From an uncultured bacterium (GTDB lineage: Bacteria > Patescibacteriota > Minisyncoccia > Minisyncoccales > RBG-13-42-11), in assembly GCA_963790795.1 (NCBI GenBank), contig CAWBPO010000003.1:50855-114854 (forward strand): a stretch of 64,000 nt of DNA, in the 5' to 3' direction. The notes beneath the pieces are model-generated. The model did not search any database. It was not told where the DNA came from and was given only the letters and a program-made list of their open reading frames with translations. The translations under genes and the position numbers were made by a program. This document shows, piece by piece, positions 17,388 to 25,870 of the stretch (positions within the stretch are counted from its first letter, which is position 1; each line of letters opens with the position of its first letter).

Positions 17388-17728
17388 TTGCGGGGGCCGG
17401 AATTGCACCGGCGTCTCGAGGTTCTTAAAAGCTCTTTGTTTCCAAAAAGAATGGACTATCCCATCTCCCTCTAATTGTTAAAAGTAGGGAGTCCTTATTA
17501 TAGTCTCTGAACCTTTCTCTCACCACAATATATTGTGGTGAGAAACTTGGCTGCTGATTGCCGAATCATCTCTTTTTTTAGCATTCACGCTTGTCTTTAC
17601 AGAGAACGTTGTAGCAAGAGACGCTCTAACGGGTTCCCAGCAATTTAAAGGATTTTTCTGAAGATGTTTCCATTTTCAGCCACATTTTTAGATATGGGCC
17701 TCGCAAGGTACTACTCCTCCACCCCGCG
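17388..17728 (-). tRNA. initiator-type tRNA-fMet(CAT) interrupted by a group I intron (exons 17728-17694 and 17423-17388)
   Basis: Exon 1 is CGCGGGGTGGAGGAGTAGTACCTTGCGAGGCCCAT. Exon 2 is AACCTCGAGACGCCGGTGCAATTCCGGCCCCCGCAA. Joined they give a 71-nt cloverleaf with a C1:A72 mismatch and anticodon CAT. The acceptor and T-stem strings match the E. coli tRNA-fMet I remember (CGCGGGGTGGAG...TCCGGCCCCCGCAA). Confidence 0.85.
17424..17693 (-). ncRNA. group I self-splicing intron (270 nt, no ORF) in the tRNA-fMet anticodon loop after U36
   Basis: The 5' splice site follows U (CCCAU|AUCU) and the intron ends in G (UUUUAAG|AA). P1 CCAUAU/AUGUGG has U.G at the splice site. P2 and P9 carry GAAA loops. 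P3 is UCCUU/AAGGA, P4 UGCUG/CAGCA, P8 CUCCCU/AGGGAG. Core strings are UUCAGAGACUAUAAU and CAGCCAAGU. Confidence 0.8.
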
Positions 17729-17741
17729 GCAAAACATTTTA

Positions 17742-17769
17742 ATTATACTTTCTTTTTCAAAAAAATCAA
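17742..17769 (-). promoter_or_regulatory. sigma70-like promoter for the tRNA operon
   Basis: Minus strand TTGATT, 16-nt spacer, TATAAT. The -10 box ends 12 nt before tRNA-fMet position 1. Confidence 0.5.
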
Positions 17770-17771
17770 CA

Positions 17772-18338
17772 CTAGAAAGCATCCATATCTCTTAATGCTT
17801 TTTCATAAATACCCAATGCTTTTTTAACCTCATCCAGAGATAATTTGTAATCAGGACCATGAACAATATTGTTGCGAACATGATGAGCCTCTCTAATTTC
17901 CTCAATATTAGGAAGAGTGGCTGCGGTTAATTTGTTCAGGTTTTCTCCCAATGAAGCACCAGCATATCCCATCTTTTTCAAAACATCGTTCATCATATTG
18001 TCAGCTTCAATTACGGCCAGCTTGTATTCCGACTCCAAACCGGTATCCAGCCTGACAATAATCTTTCTCCAGTCTTTTTCCATCTTTTTTACTCCAAAAG
18101 GGCGATAGCTCAAAAATTCAGCCGCATCATACAGAATAAGCATTCTCAGCCAAGAGGTTTTAAAAAGCGCAAAAATAATAAAAACTATCGCAGAGAGAGC
18201 TAAAACCAAAAAAGCAATCTTGAAATAGAAAATCAAATTATCAAAAGCATGAGAAGAAAAAAACAACGTTAAATTCTCCAAAAAGTTTTCAATTGTTTCC
18301 ATATAATTTGGCTGTTTCCATAATTTTATCTTCTTCAA
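17772..18338 (-). CDS. hypothetical membrane-anchored protein
   Basis: 188-aa ORF with one TM helix (IAFLVLALSAIVFIIFALF). The start is uncertain and overlaps the gatA 3' end. Confidence 0.55.
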   Translation of the reverse strand: MKKIKLWKQPNYMETIENFLENLTLFFSSHAFDNLIFYFKIAFLVLALSAIVFIIFALFKTSWLRMLILYDAAEFLSYRPFGVKKMEKDWRKIIVRLDTGLESEYKLAVIEADNMMNDVLKKMGYAGASLGENLNKLTAATLPNIEEIREAHHVRNNIVHGPDYKLSLDEVKKALGIYEKALRDMDAF

Positions 18339-19719
18339 ACGGCTTGCCGATTATCTGGAGTCCAACCGGCAACTTGCCAATCTTGCCAACAGGCAGAGAA
18401 ACAGCCGGCAAGCCGGCCAAACTGACAGGCCCGGTAAAAACATCGCAAAGATACATTTGAAGCGGGTCTTTAATTTTTTCTCCGAGCTTGAAAGCTGGAG
18501 TCGGTGAAACAGGAGTCATTAAAACATCTACTTTCTGGAAAACCTTTTCAAAATCCTGCCTTATCAAAGTTCTTACTTTCTGGGCTCTCAAATAGTAAGC
18601 GTCATAATACCCGCTTGATAAAGCATAAGTTCCCAGAATAATTCTTCGTCTGACCTCGTCTCCAAACCCCTTACCTCTGCTCTGTAAATAAATATCTATT
18701 AGTTTTGAGCTTTGAGCTTTGAGCTTTGAGCTTTTACTATAACCGTATTTTATTCCGTCATACCTTGCCAAATTGGCTGAAATTTCAGAAGGCATGATTA
18801 TATAGTAAGTGGCTATGGCATAATCAGTGTGTGGCAAGCTGACTTCTGTAATCTTTGCACCCATTGCTTCGTATTTCTTTATCGCTTCTTTGATAATTTT
18901 TTCCACTTCCTTATCAACCCCTTTGACAAAATATTCTTTGGGAACGCCTATTCTTAAATCTTTAATTTTCAGTGCGCAATTTTTAACCTTTGTTTCAACT
19001 GAAGTTGAATCCAATTGGTCTTTTCCCCTGATTGCATCAAAAACAACTTTGCAGTCTTCTACGTTCTTGGCTAAAGGACCTATCTGGTCCAAAGAAGAAG
19101 CCATGGCAATCAAACCAAAACGGGATACTGCGCCGTAAGTTGGCTTTAATCCAACCACTCCGCAAAAAGAAGCAGGATAACGGATTGAGCCGGCTGTATC
19201 TGACCCTAAAGCGTAAATCGCCATGTCAGAAGCAACTGCTGCTGCTGAACCTGATGAAGAGCCGCCTGTCACTCGGGTTAAGTCATGCGGATTTTTTGTC
19301 GGACCGAAAGCGGAATTTTCTCCGGAAGCTCCCATAGCAAATTCATCCAAATTGGTTTTCCCCAAAATCACCGCTTTCCCCTCTTTTAATTTCTTGATAA
19401 CCGTAGCTTCGTAAGGAGCAATGTAATTTTCCAAAATCTTTGAAGCAGCCGTGCATTTTAACCCTTCAACCAAAATATTGTCTTTTACAGCGCAGGGAAT
19501 GCCTGCTAAAATCGGAATATTCTCTCCCTTCTTGATTATATCATCAACTTCTCTCGCTTCCGATAAAGCCGTCTCTTTGTTGACAGATAAAAAAGCGGAA
19601 ATATCTTTATCTTTTTCCCTTATCTTGTCCAAATAAGCTTTGCAGAGTTCAACGGCTGAGAATTCTTTTTTTACCAATCCCTGATGCGCCTGGCTGATGG
19701 TTAATTCTGTTGTCTTCAT
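18289..19719 (-). CDS. gatA: Asp/Glu-tRNA(Asn/Gln) amidotransferase subunit A
   Basis: Amidase signature GGSSSGSAAAVA, plus GSDTAGSIRYPASFCG. Confidence 0.95.
   Translation of the reverse strand: MKTTELTISQAHQGLVKKEFSAVELCKAYLDKIREKDKDISAFLSVNKETALSEAREVDDIIKKGENIPILAGIPCAVKDNILVEGLKCTAASKILENYIAPYEATVIKKLKEGKAVILGKTNLDEFAMGASGENSAFGPTKNPHDLTRVTGGSSSGSAAAVASDMAIYALGSDTAGSIRYPASFCGVVGLKPTYGAVSRFGLIAMASSLDQIGPLAKNVEDCKVVFDAIRGKDQLDSTSVETKVKNCALKIKDLRIGVPKEYFVKGVDKEVEKIIKEAIKKYEAMGAKITEVSLPHTDYAIATYYIIMPSEISANLARYDGIKYGYSKSSKLKAQSSKLIDIYLQSRGKGFGDEVRRRIILGTYALSSGYYDAYYLRAQKVRTLIRQDFEKVFQKVDVLMTPVSPTPAFKLGEKIKDPLQMYLCDVFTGPVSLAGLPAVSLPVGKIGKLPVGLQIIGKPFEEDKIMETAKLYGNN
18704..18731. repeat. heptanucleotide tandem repeat (TTTGAGC x4) inside gatA
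   Basis: Four perfect 7-nt units. They encode SKLKAQSSKL in a variable GatA loop. Confidence 0.9.
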
Positions 19720-20000
19720 TTAAAAATTGACTTTACTTTTAAATAATCTTCCTTTTTGTCAGGAGCCAAATCTATTAATTTTTTACTCGTTCCCTTTCCT
19801 CTCGCCTCGTCCTGTCTCATCACGTTCTCAACTTTGATTGAATGGCTGGTCGGCTCTATGCCGGAAATGTTCACCTCTTTCAGTTTCTCAAAATAATCCA
19901 AAATCAAAGAAAGCTCTTTCTGATATTTTGCAATTTCCTTTTCAGTCAGGCCCAATCTGGCAAGTTTGGCTATGTGTCGGACTTCTTCTTTTGAAATCAT
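19716..20000 (-). CDS. gatC: Asp/Glu-tRNA(Asn/Gln) amidotransferase subunit C
   Basis: ISKEEVRHIAKLARLGLTEKEI, 94 aa, upstream of gatA. Confidence 0.9.
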   Translation of the reverse strand: MISKEEVRHIAKLARLGLTEKEIAKYQKELSLILDYFEKLKEVNISGIEPTSHSIKVENVMRQDEARGKGTSKKLIDLAPDKKEDYLKVKSIFK

Positions 20001-21049
20001 CTTGGTGGTTCCAAATATTCTGTTTCAACCAATACTTCGTGAAGCTGGTCAAGATTTTCAAGCACCATGCCTGCTCCCCTGACCACGGCTGTTGTCGGGT
20101 CTTCAATGACTTTAGTCGGGATTTTCGTCTCTTTCTGGATTAAAGTGGCCAATCCCCTCAAAAGAGAACCGCCGCCTGCCATCTGTATGCCAGAAACCAT
20201 AATGTCAGCCAGCAATTCTGGAGGAGTCTCTTCAACCGCTGTTTTCATCTCGGCAATTATCTGCTTTATTGACTTTTCCAAAGCTTTTCTGATATCTTCG
20301 TCAGAAACTAAAATTTCTTCCGGCAGGCCGGTGACCAAGTTTCTTCCTCTCATTGGCAGCTGCTTTTTCTCTTTCAAAGGATAAGCTGAACCTATAATAA
20401 TTTTAAGCATTTCCGCTGTTCTTTCTCCGATTAACAGCTTGTATTCGTCCTGGGCAAACTGAATAATGTCCTGGTTTAACCTGTCTCCGGCAATTCGCAA
20501 GGTCTTGGATAAAACTATTCCTCCCAAAGAGATTACAGCAATGTCTGTTGTCCCTCCGCCGATATCAACGATAAAATTTCCCCCTGCTTCCTGAATCGGC
20601 AAACGGGCGCCCAAGGCAGCTGCCATCGGCTCTTCAATAATGAAAACTTCCCTGGCACCTGCGGATTTGACTGCATCGCAAACTGCTTTTTTTTCAACTT
20701 CTGTGACGCCGCAAGGAATGCCGATAATCACTCTGGGTCTTGGATTTAAAAAAAACTTTTTCTCATTGGCTTTTTCAATGAAATATTTAAGCATCTGCTC
20801 TGTCACTTCAAAATTGGAAACTACACCGGCAACCAAAGGCCTTGTTGCCACAATATGAGCCGGCGTGCGGCCCACCATTTTCTTTGCCTCGTCTCCAATA
20901 GCCAAAATCTGTCCTGTTTTCTGATTGATGGCAACCACTGAAGGCTCTGTGATGATAATTCCCCTGCCCTGAACGTAAACGCGGGAATTGGCTGTTCCCA
21001 AATCAATGGCAATGTCTTCTGAAAATATTCTCCAAAGCTTATTTAACAT
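19997..21049 (-). CDS. mreB: rod-shape/actin-like protein MreB (paralog 1)
   Basis: DIAIDLGTANSRVYV, VDIGGGTTDIAVISLGG, GIQMAGGGSLLRGL. Confidence 0.9.
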   Translation of the reverse strand: MLNKLWRIFSEDIAIDLGTANSRVYVQGRGIIITEPSVVAINQKTGQILAIGDEAKKMVGRTPAHIVATRPLVAGVVSNFEVTEQMLKYFIEKANEKKFFLNPRPRVIIGIPCGVTEVEKKAVCDAVKSAGAREVFIIEEPMAAALGARLPIQEAGGNFIVDIGGGTTDIAVISLGGIVLSKTLRIAGDRLNQDIIQFAQDEYKLLIGERTAEMLKIIIGSAYPLKEKKQLPMRGRNLVTGLPEEILVSDEDIRKALEKSIKQIIAEMKTAVEETPPELLADIMVSGIQMAGGGSLLRGLATLIQKETKIPTKVIEDPTTAVVRGAGMVLENLDQLHEVLVETEYLEPPR

Positions 21050-22292
21050 AATTGTTTAAAAATTTACCAAAATCTTTGATTTTTATCAATTTTATTTCCT
21101 TTTTATCCCTGAATTTCAGTTCAATAGAATTTTCCTTCAAAGTTCTTTCACTGACAACAATTCTCAAAGGCAGACCGATCAAATCAGCGTCAACAAACTT
21201 CTCTCCGGCGCTCTTATCCTGCCTGTCGTCATATAATACTTCAATTCCCTGCTTTTGGAAATCCTCGTATAAAACAACAGCTACCTTACTAACTTTCTGG
21301 CTGTTTTCTATTCGAACCAGATGAATTGAAAAAGGAGCAACTTCTTTTGGCCAAACAATGCCTTTCTCGTCATGATTAACTTCAACAACAGCTCCCATTA
21401 GCCTGCCCAAGCCAATCCCGTAGCAACCCATGAAAACAAGCTTTTCTTTTTTGTCCTTGTCAAAAAAAGTAAGATTAAATGGTTTAGAAAACTTGTCTTT
21501 TAATTTGAAGATATTGCCTATCTCAATCGCTTTTTCAACCGATAAGTTACTATTGCCGCATTTTGGGCATTTGTTCTTCTCTTGCTTGATTATTTCTCTG
21601 TTTACGGCCAGCTTGCACTTTTTGCAGAGAAATATCTCGTCTTCGCCATAAGGCGTCACTGTCTGGAATTCATGGGAATATTTTGAAAAACTGCCCCCAG
21701 AAGCCAAAGTTAAATAGGTTTTTCCGTTTAAACCGCATCTGCCAAAGATTTTAAAATATGCTTTCTTTATTTTTTCGTAATAATCGTCTAAATCTTTTTC
21801 ATCAGAATGAAAAGAATACAAGTCCTTCATTAAAAACTCCGCTCCTCTCAAAAGCCCTGATTTAGCCCTTAATTCGTCGCGAAACTTGTCTTGAATCTGA
21901 TAAACGTAAAACGGCAAATCTTTATATGAATTAACGAATTCTTTAACCAAAGGAGTAACAATCTCTTCATGGGTCCAGCCAAGGGAAAAATCCTTATCTG
22001 CCCGGTTTTTCAATTTAAACATTTCCGGGTAGCGCCATCTATCAGTAGTTTCCCAGTTTTTTTTCGGCTGGAGAGCTGGCATTAAAATCTCCTGGCCTCC
22101 GACTGAACTCATTTCCTGCCTGATGATTGCTTCTATTTTTTTCTGAATCCTAAATCCAAGAGGCAAAAAAGTATATACGCCAGCCATTAGCTTGCGGATA
22201 AAGCCACCTCTTATCAAAAGCTTGGCATTGATGCTCTGCTCATCCTTTGGCGCTTCCCTGATTGTTTTTGTGAAAAGTTGCGATTGTCTCAT
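21039..22292 (-). CDS. proS: prolyl-tRNA synthetase, short form without INS editing domain, with a 4-Cys mini-insertion
   Basis: MRQSQLFTKTIREAPKDE, class II motifs, 417 aa. CKKCKLAVN...CPKCG sits where INS normally lies. Confidence 0.85.
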   Translation of the reverse strand: MRQSQLFTKTIREAPKDEQSINAKLLIRGGFIRKLMAGVYTFLPLGFRIQKKIEAIIRQEMSSVGGQEILMPALQPKKNWETTDRWRYPEMFKLKNRADKDFSLGWTHEEIVTPLVKEFVNSYKDLPFYVYQIQDKFRDELRAKSGLLRGAEFLMKDLYSFHSDEKDLDDYYEKIKKAYFKIFGRCGLNGKTYLTLASGGSFSKYSHEFQTVTPYGEDEIFLCKKCKLAVNREIIKQEKNKCPKCGNSNLSVEKAIEIGNIFKLKDKFSKPFNLTFFDKDKKEKLVFMGCYGIGLGRLMGAVVEVNHDEKGIVWPKEVAPFSIHLVRIENSQKVSKVAVVLYEDFQKQGIEVLYDDRQDKSAGEKFVDADLIGLPLRIVVSERTLKENSIELKFRDKKEIKLIKIKDFGKFLNNYVK

Positions 22293-22294
22293 AG

Positions 22295-23371
22295 TTAAAA
22301 TAATCTGGCAATGTCTTTTATCGTTACCAAAACCATTAATAAAAGTAATAAGCTGAAAAAAACAGCTGTCACGTTTTGTTCCACTTTTTCGCTTATCGGC
22401 CTTCTCCTGATAGCCTCAATTCCTAAAAACAACATCTTGCCCCCGTCAACTGCTGGAATGGGCAGGATATTGAAAATAGCGATATAGATAGCGACCATTC
22501 CGACGAACTGGAGAAAATAACTCACTCCCATCTGACTTGCCTGGGTAAAAAGATGGACAACTCCCACCGGCCCCATCAGCTCAACTCCTGTGGGCTGGCC
22601 TTGAACAACGTTCTTTATCACTTGCCCGTAACCCTGGATTATCGCTCCTGTCATGTTGACTGTGGTCACTAATCCCTGCCAAGGAGCCTGATACCAGGAA
22701 AAAGATTTTACAGCTGTCCTGACCAAACCCACTCCCAAAGGACCTTCTCCAGCTGGCGGTGAAATGCGGGGCACAACTTTTACGTCAAAAACTTCATTAC
22801 CCCTCTCAATAGTCAAAGTAATCTCTTTTCCCAATTTATCATTACTAAACTCTTGCACTTCTTTTATTTTATTGATAACCAATCGTTCCTCGCCGATTGT
22901 CATTTCTTTTATCGTATCTCCGGGCTCCAAGCCAACAAGCTTTGCCGGAGAACCAACAGAAATACTGGCAATTTGCACTTTCGGATTAACCAAGCCAGAA
23001 GCTTCATCGTCTACAGCCACTGCTGTTCCCAAATTGAAAACAATGGAAAATAAAATTGCTGCCATTATCCAGAAAGAAAGTACTCCGGCAAAAGCAATCA
23101 AAACTCTTTTCCAAACAGCCTGGCTTGAAAAGCTTCTGGGGTCTGCTGCTTGGCCTATTTCACCTGGCATTTTGACAAAAGCTCCAAAAGGCAGAAGATT
23201 TAAAGAATAAAGTGTCTCCCCTATCTTTTTGCCGAAAATACGGGGCGGATAACCGATGCCAAACTCTTCCACTTTTACGCCAAATCTCTTTGCCACGATA
23301 AAATGGCCGAATTCGTGAAGAGTCATCAGCCCTATTAAACTGAAAAAAGCGATTAAAATTGTTAAAACCAT
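22295..23371 (-). CDS. rseP: RseP-type site-2 (M50) zinc metalloprotease with PDZ domain
   Basis: HEFGHFIVAKRFGV (HExxH), a PDZ-like middle region, NILPIPAVDGG. Confidence 0.9.
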   Translation of the reverse strand: MVLTILIAFFSLIGLMTLHEFGHFIVAKRFGVKVEEFGIGYPPRIFGKKIGETLYSLNLLPFGAFVKMPGEIGQAADPRSFSSQAVWKRVLIAFAGVLSFWIMAAILFSIVFNLGTAVAVDDEASGLVNPKVQIASISVGSPAKLVGLEPGDTIKEMTIGEERLVINKIKEVQEFSNDKLGKEITLTIERGNEVFDVKVVPRISPPAGEGPLGVGLVRTAVKSFSWYQAPWQGLVTTVNMTGAIIQGYGQVIKNVVQGQPTGVELMGPVGVVHLFTQASQMGVSYFLQFVGMVAIYIAIFNILPIPAVDGGKMLFLGIEAIRRRPISEKVEQNVTAVFFSLLLLLMVLVTIKDIARLF

Positions 23372-23372
23372 A

Positions 23373-23933
23373 TTATTCCGCTATTTCTCTTTTTTTATTT
23401 TCCCCCAATTCCTCAATCTTTTTATTGTATTCGTCAACTAATTCCTGAAGCTCGTCTTTTGCCCTGAATTTGTCGTCTTCCCTGATTTCTCCCTGTTTTG
23501 TTTTTTCCTGGATTTCGCTCCAAACTTCTTCTCTCCACTTTCTGATAGTTCTGCGAGACTGCTCTTCTTTTTCGGAAATTGTCCTAGCCAAGTTCTTTCT
23601 GTATTCTTCGTTTAAAGGAGGCAAATTGATTCTGACTACGTCTTTGTCCACAATCGGATTGGCGCCAATGCCTGTCTTTTCCAAAGCTGAAACAATACCC
23701 TCAATATAGGACTTGTCCCAAGGCTGGATTAAAATCTGCTTTGCCTCAGGAGTGGAAATGGCTGCTAACTGTTTCAAAGGAAACTTCTGGCCGAAACAAT
23801 CGACAACAACATCCTCCACCAAAGAAGGCGTTGCTCTGCTGGTGCGAATCTTGCTTAATTCTTTTTCCAGAAACCCGATTACCTTGTCCAATTCCGGTTT
23901 GATGTTTTGAATAATTGTTTTGTAGCTATCCAT
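23373..23933 (-). CDS. frr: ribosome recycling factor
   Basis: LSKIRTSRATPSLVEDVVVDCFG, INLPPLNEEYRKNL. The start is trimmed to MDSYK (23933), which abuts the holB stop. Confidence 0.9.
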   Translation of the reverse strand: MDSYKTIIQNIKPELDKVIGFLEKELSKIRTSRATPSLVEDVVVDCFGQKFPLKQLAAISTPEAKQILIQPWDKSYIEGIVSALEKTGIGANPIVDKDVVRINLPPLNEEYRKNLARTISEKEEQSRRTIRKWREEVWSEIQEKTKQGEIREDDKFRAKDELQELVDEYNKKIEELGENKKREIAE

Positions 23934-23938
23934 AAAAA

Positions 23939-24835
23939 TTAAATTTCCAGCATCAGTCTTTCCAAAGCCAGTCTCGTATTGACATTGGTCTGAGAAAGCA
24001 GCAATTTCGTAGTTTGGATAAGATTGATAATGTTTTTCAGCTTGCCAATCGAGCAACTTTTAAAGCTTTCATCTTTTAATTGAATTTTAGAAGAAAAACG
24101 GGAAAGCAAAATGTCCCTGAAATAATTAAGCCAGATATCCAGAGTTTTTTGCGTTTCCTGTGGCTCTTCGCTTAATTCTTTTACGTACTGAAACCGTGAA
24201 TAAAGCATTGATTTTGAAAGACCTTTAACCTTTTCTATCTTCTGCTTGAAAGAGTTAATTTCTGTTTTTTTAGTAATAAAATTAACAGCTGTTCCCGGCC
24301 TTCCCGAAGCAAGCAAAGAAAGATCTTCTGCATCTTTTTTCGAAAGCCCTTTATCCACTAAATAATTATTAATTTCTTCGTGTTTAACTGGATTGAATTT
24401 AACAACCTGAACACGAGAAAGAATAGTCGGAAAAAGATAATGCGTTTTATCGCTGATTAAAATTAAAAGGCTGCTACCCCTCGGTTCTTCCAAAGTTTTC
24501 AAAAGGGCTGTCTGAGCTTCCTGGTTCATCAAATGAGCATTGTCTATGACCGCTGTTTTTACAGGAGACAAAGAACTTTTAAGCGACAATCGCCAAATCA
24601 AATCCCTTATCTGGGAAATCTTTATTTCTTTTTCAACAGGTTCTATAAAAATGAAATCAGGATGACTAGCAAAATCCTGACTGACACTGTCTCCCAAAAG
24701 AAGTGAAACCCATTCTAAAGCCAGAGTTTTTTTCCCCAGTCCTTCAGGACCGGCAAACAAATAAGCATGGGAAAAGCTTTTACTATCAGCTAATTTCTTT
24801 AAAAAATTCCATTGTTTTTGATGGCCAATTATCAT
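23939..24835 (-). CDS. holB: DNA polymerase III delta-prime subunit
   Basis: HAYLFAGPEGLGKKTLA, LLKTLEEP, SRVQVVKF. Confidence 0.85.
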   Translation of the reverse strand: MIIGHQKQWNFLKKLADSKSFSHAYLFAGPEGLGKKTLALEWVSLLLGDSVSQDFASHPDFIFIEPVEKEIKISQIRDLIWRLSLKSSLSPVKTAVIDNAHLMNQEAQTALLKTLEEPRGSSLLILISDKTHYLFPTILSRVQVVKFNPVKHEEINNYLVDKGLSKKDAEDLSLLASGRPGTAVNFITKKTEINSFKQKIEKVKGLSKSMLYSRFQYVKELSEEPQETQKTLDIWLNYFRDILLSRFSSKIQLKDESFKSCSIGKLKNIINLIQTTKLLLSQTNVNTRLALERLMLEI

Positions 24836-24838
24836 ATC

Positions 24839-25840
24839 CTATCTTTTGTTCATAATACTCTTTTTATACACGTCCAGATTTTCAAGCATCACGCCGGTCC
24901 CTTTTGCAACGCAAAGCAATGGATCTTCAGCCAGAAAACAAGGAACGCCGGTCTCCCGAGAAATTCTTTCTGTAATATTTCTCAGCAAAGCGCCGCCGCC
25001 AGAAACAATCATTCCTTTGTCAATGATGTCAGCTGACAATTCCGGAGGCGTGTCTCTCAACACTGTTTTAATCACGTGGATAATATCTCCCAAAATATCA
25101 GAGATTGCTTCGGAAATTTCATTGGAAGATATTTTAATGGTTTTAGGAAGACCTGAAATCAAATCTCTGCCGCGAATTTCCATAAATTTTGGCTCCTTTT
25201 CCGGCAAAGCAGTGCCTATTTTCATTTTTACCTCTTCTGCTGTCTGTTCGCCGATGGCTAAATTGTATTTTTTCTTTATGTAGTCTGAAATGGCAAAATC
25301 CATTTTGTCCCCGCCGATTCTGACAGAATCGCAAGTAACTATCCCTCCCAAAGAAATAACCGCTATTTCAGAGGTTCCGCCACCAATATCAACAATCATA
25401 TTGCCTGAACAAGAATTAATCGGAATATTAGCGCCGATGGCCGCTAAAATCGGCTCTTTGGCCAGATATGCCTGTTTAGCTCCTGCGTTTAAAGCAGCTT
25501 CAATCACTGCCCTTCGCTCAGTAGAAGTGATGCCAGCTGACACCCCTATCATCAGTTCAGGTTTTAAAAAACGCCAAAAACCGCAGACCTTGTCAATAAA
25601 ATATTTAAGCATTGCCTGAGTCACTCTGAAATCAGCAATCACCCCGTCTTTGAGGGGCCGATAAACTCTGATTGTATCTGGAGTGCGGCCAACCATTTCT
25701 TTTGCTTCCTCGCCAATTGCCAAAATTCTGTTCTCTTCAAGAGCCACTGCCACAACTGAAGGCTCTTGCAGAACCACTCCTTTGCCAGGGAGAAAAACTA
25801 AAGAATTGGCAGTACCCAAATCTATGCCTATTTTCTTCAT
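24839..25840 (-). CDS. mreB: MreB-family actin-like protein (paralog 2)
   Basis: KIGIDLGTANSLVF, VDIGGGTSEIAVISLGG, GMIVSGGGALLRN. Confidence 0.9.
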   Translation of the reverse strand: MKKIGIDLGTANSLVFLPGKGVVLQEPSVVAVALEENRILAIGEEAKEMVGRTPDTIRVYRPLKDGVIADFRVTQAMLKYFIDKVCGFWRFLKPELMIGVSAGITSTERRAVIEAALNAGAKQAYLAKEPILAAIGANIPINSCSGNMIVDIGGGTSEIAVISLGGIVTCDSVRIGGDKMDFAISDYIKKKYNLAIGEQTAEEVKMKIGTALPEKEPKFMEIRGRDLISGLPKTIKISSNEISEAISDILGDIIHVIKTVLRDTPPELSADIIDKGMIVSGGGALLRNITERISRETGVPCFLAEDPLLCVAKGTGVMLENLDVYKKSIMNKR

Positions 25841-25870
25841 AAATATATCAATAATTAATTCAAATTTATC

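Noticed and set aside
17381-17740. A ~340-nt minus-strand RNA with a tRNA-like acceptor/T-arm was first considered as tmRNA, then as RNase P RNA or SRP RNA (because of AGCAGCCAAG).
   Set aside because: - No plausible tag reading frame ending in a hydrophobic/Ala-rich C-terminus, and no UUCGAC-type tmRNA 5' motif.
- No RNase P GAGGAAAGUCC core.
- The SRP-like string lacks the paired 5' side.
- The ends join into a complete tRNA-fMet, and the interior has the group I P1-P9 architecture. That also explains the CAGCCAAGU string.
23934-24056. N-terminal extensions offered by the ORF track for frr, rpoA (32063-32164), rpsK, rpsM, rplF, rplD, rplC, adk, pheS (TTG start) and deoC.
   Set aside because: The extensions overlap the upstream gene or rpmJ and are not part of the conserved protein N-termini. 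Internal ATGs sit immediately after the upstream stop codons.
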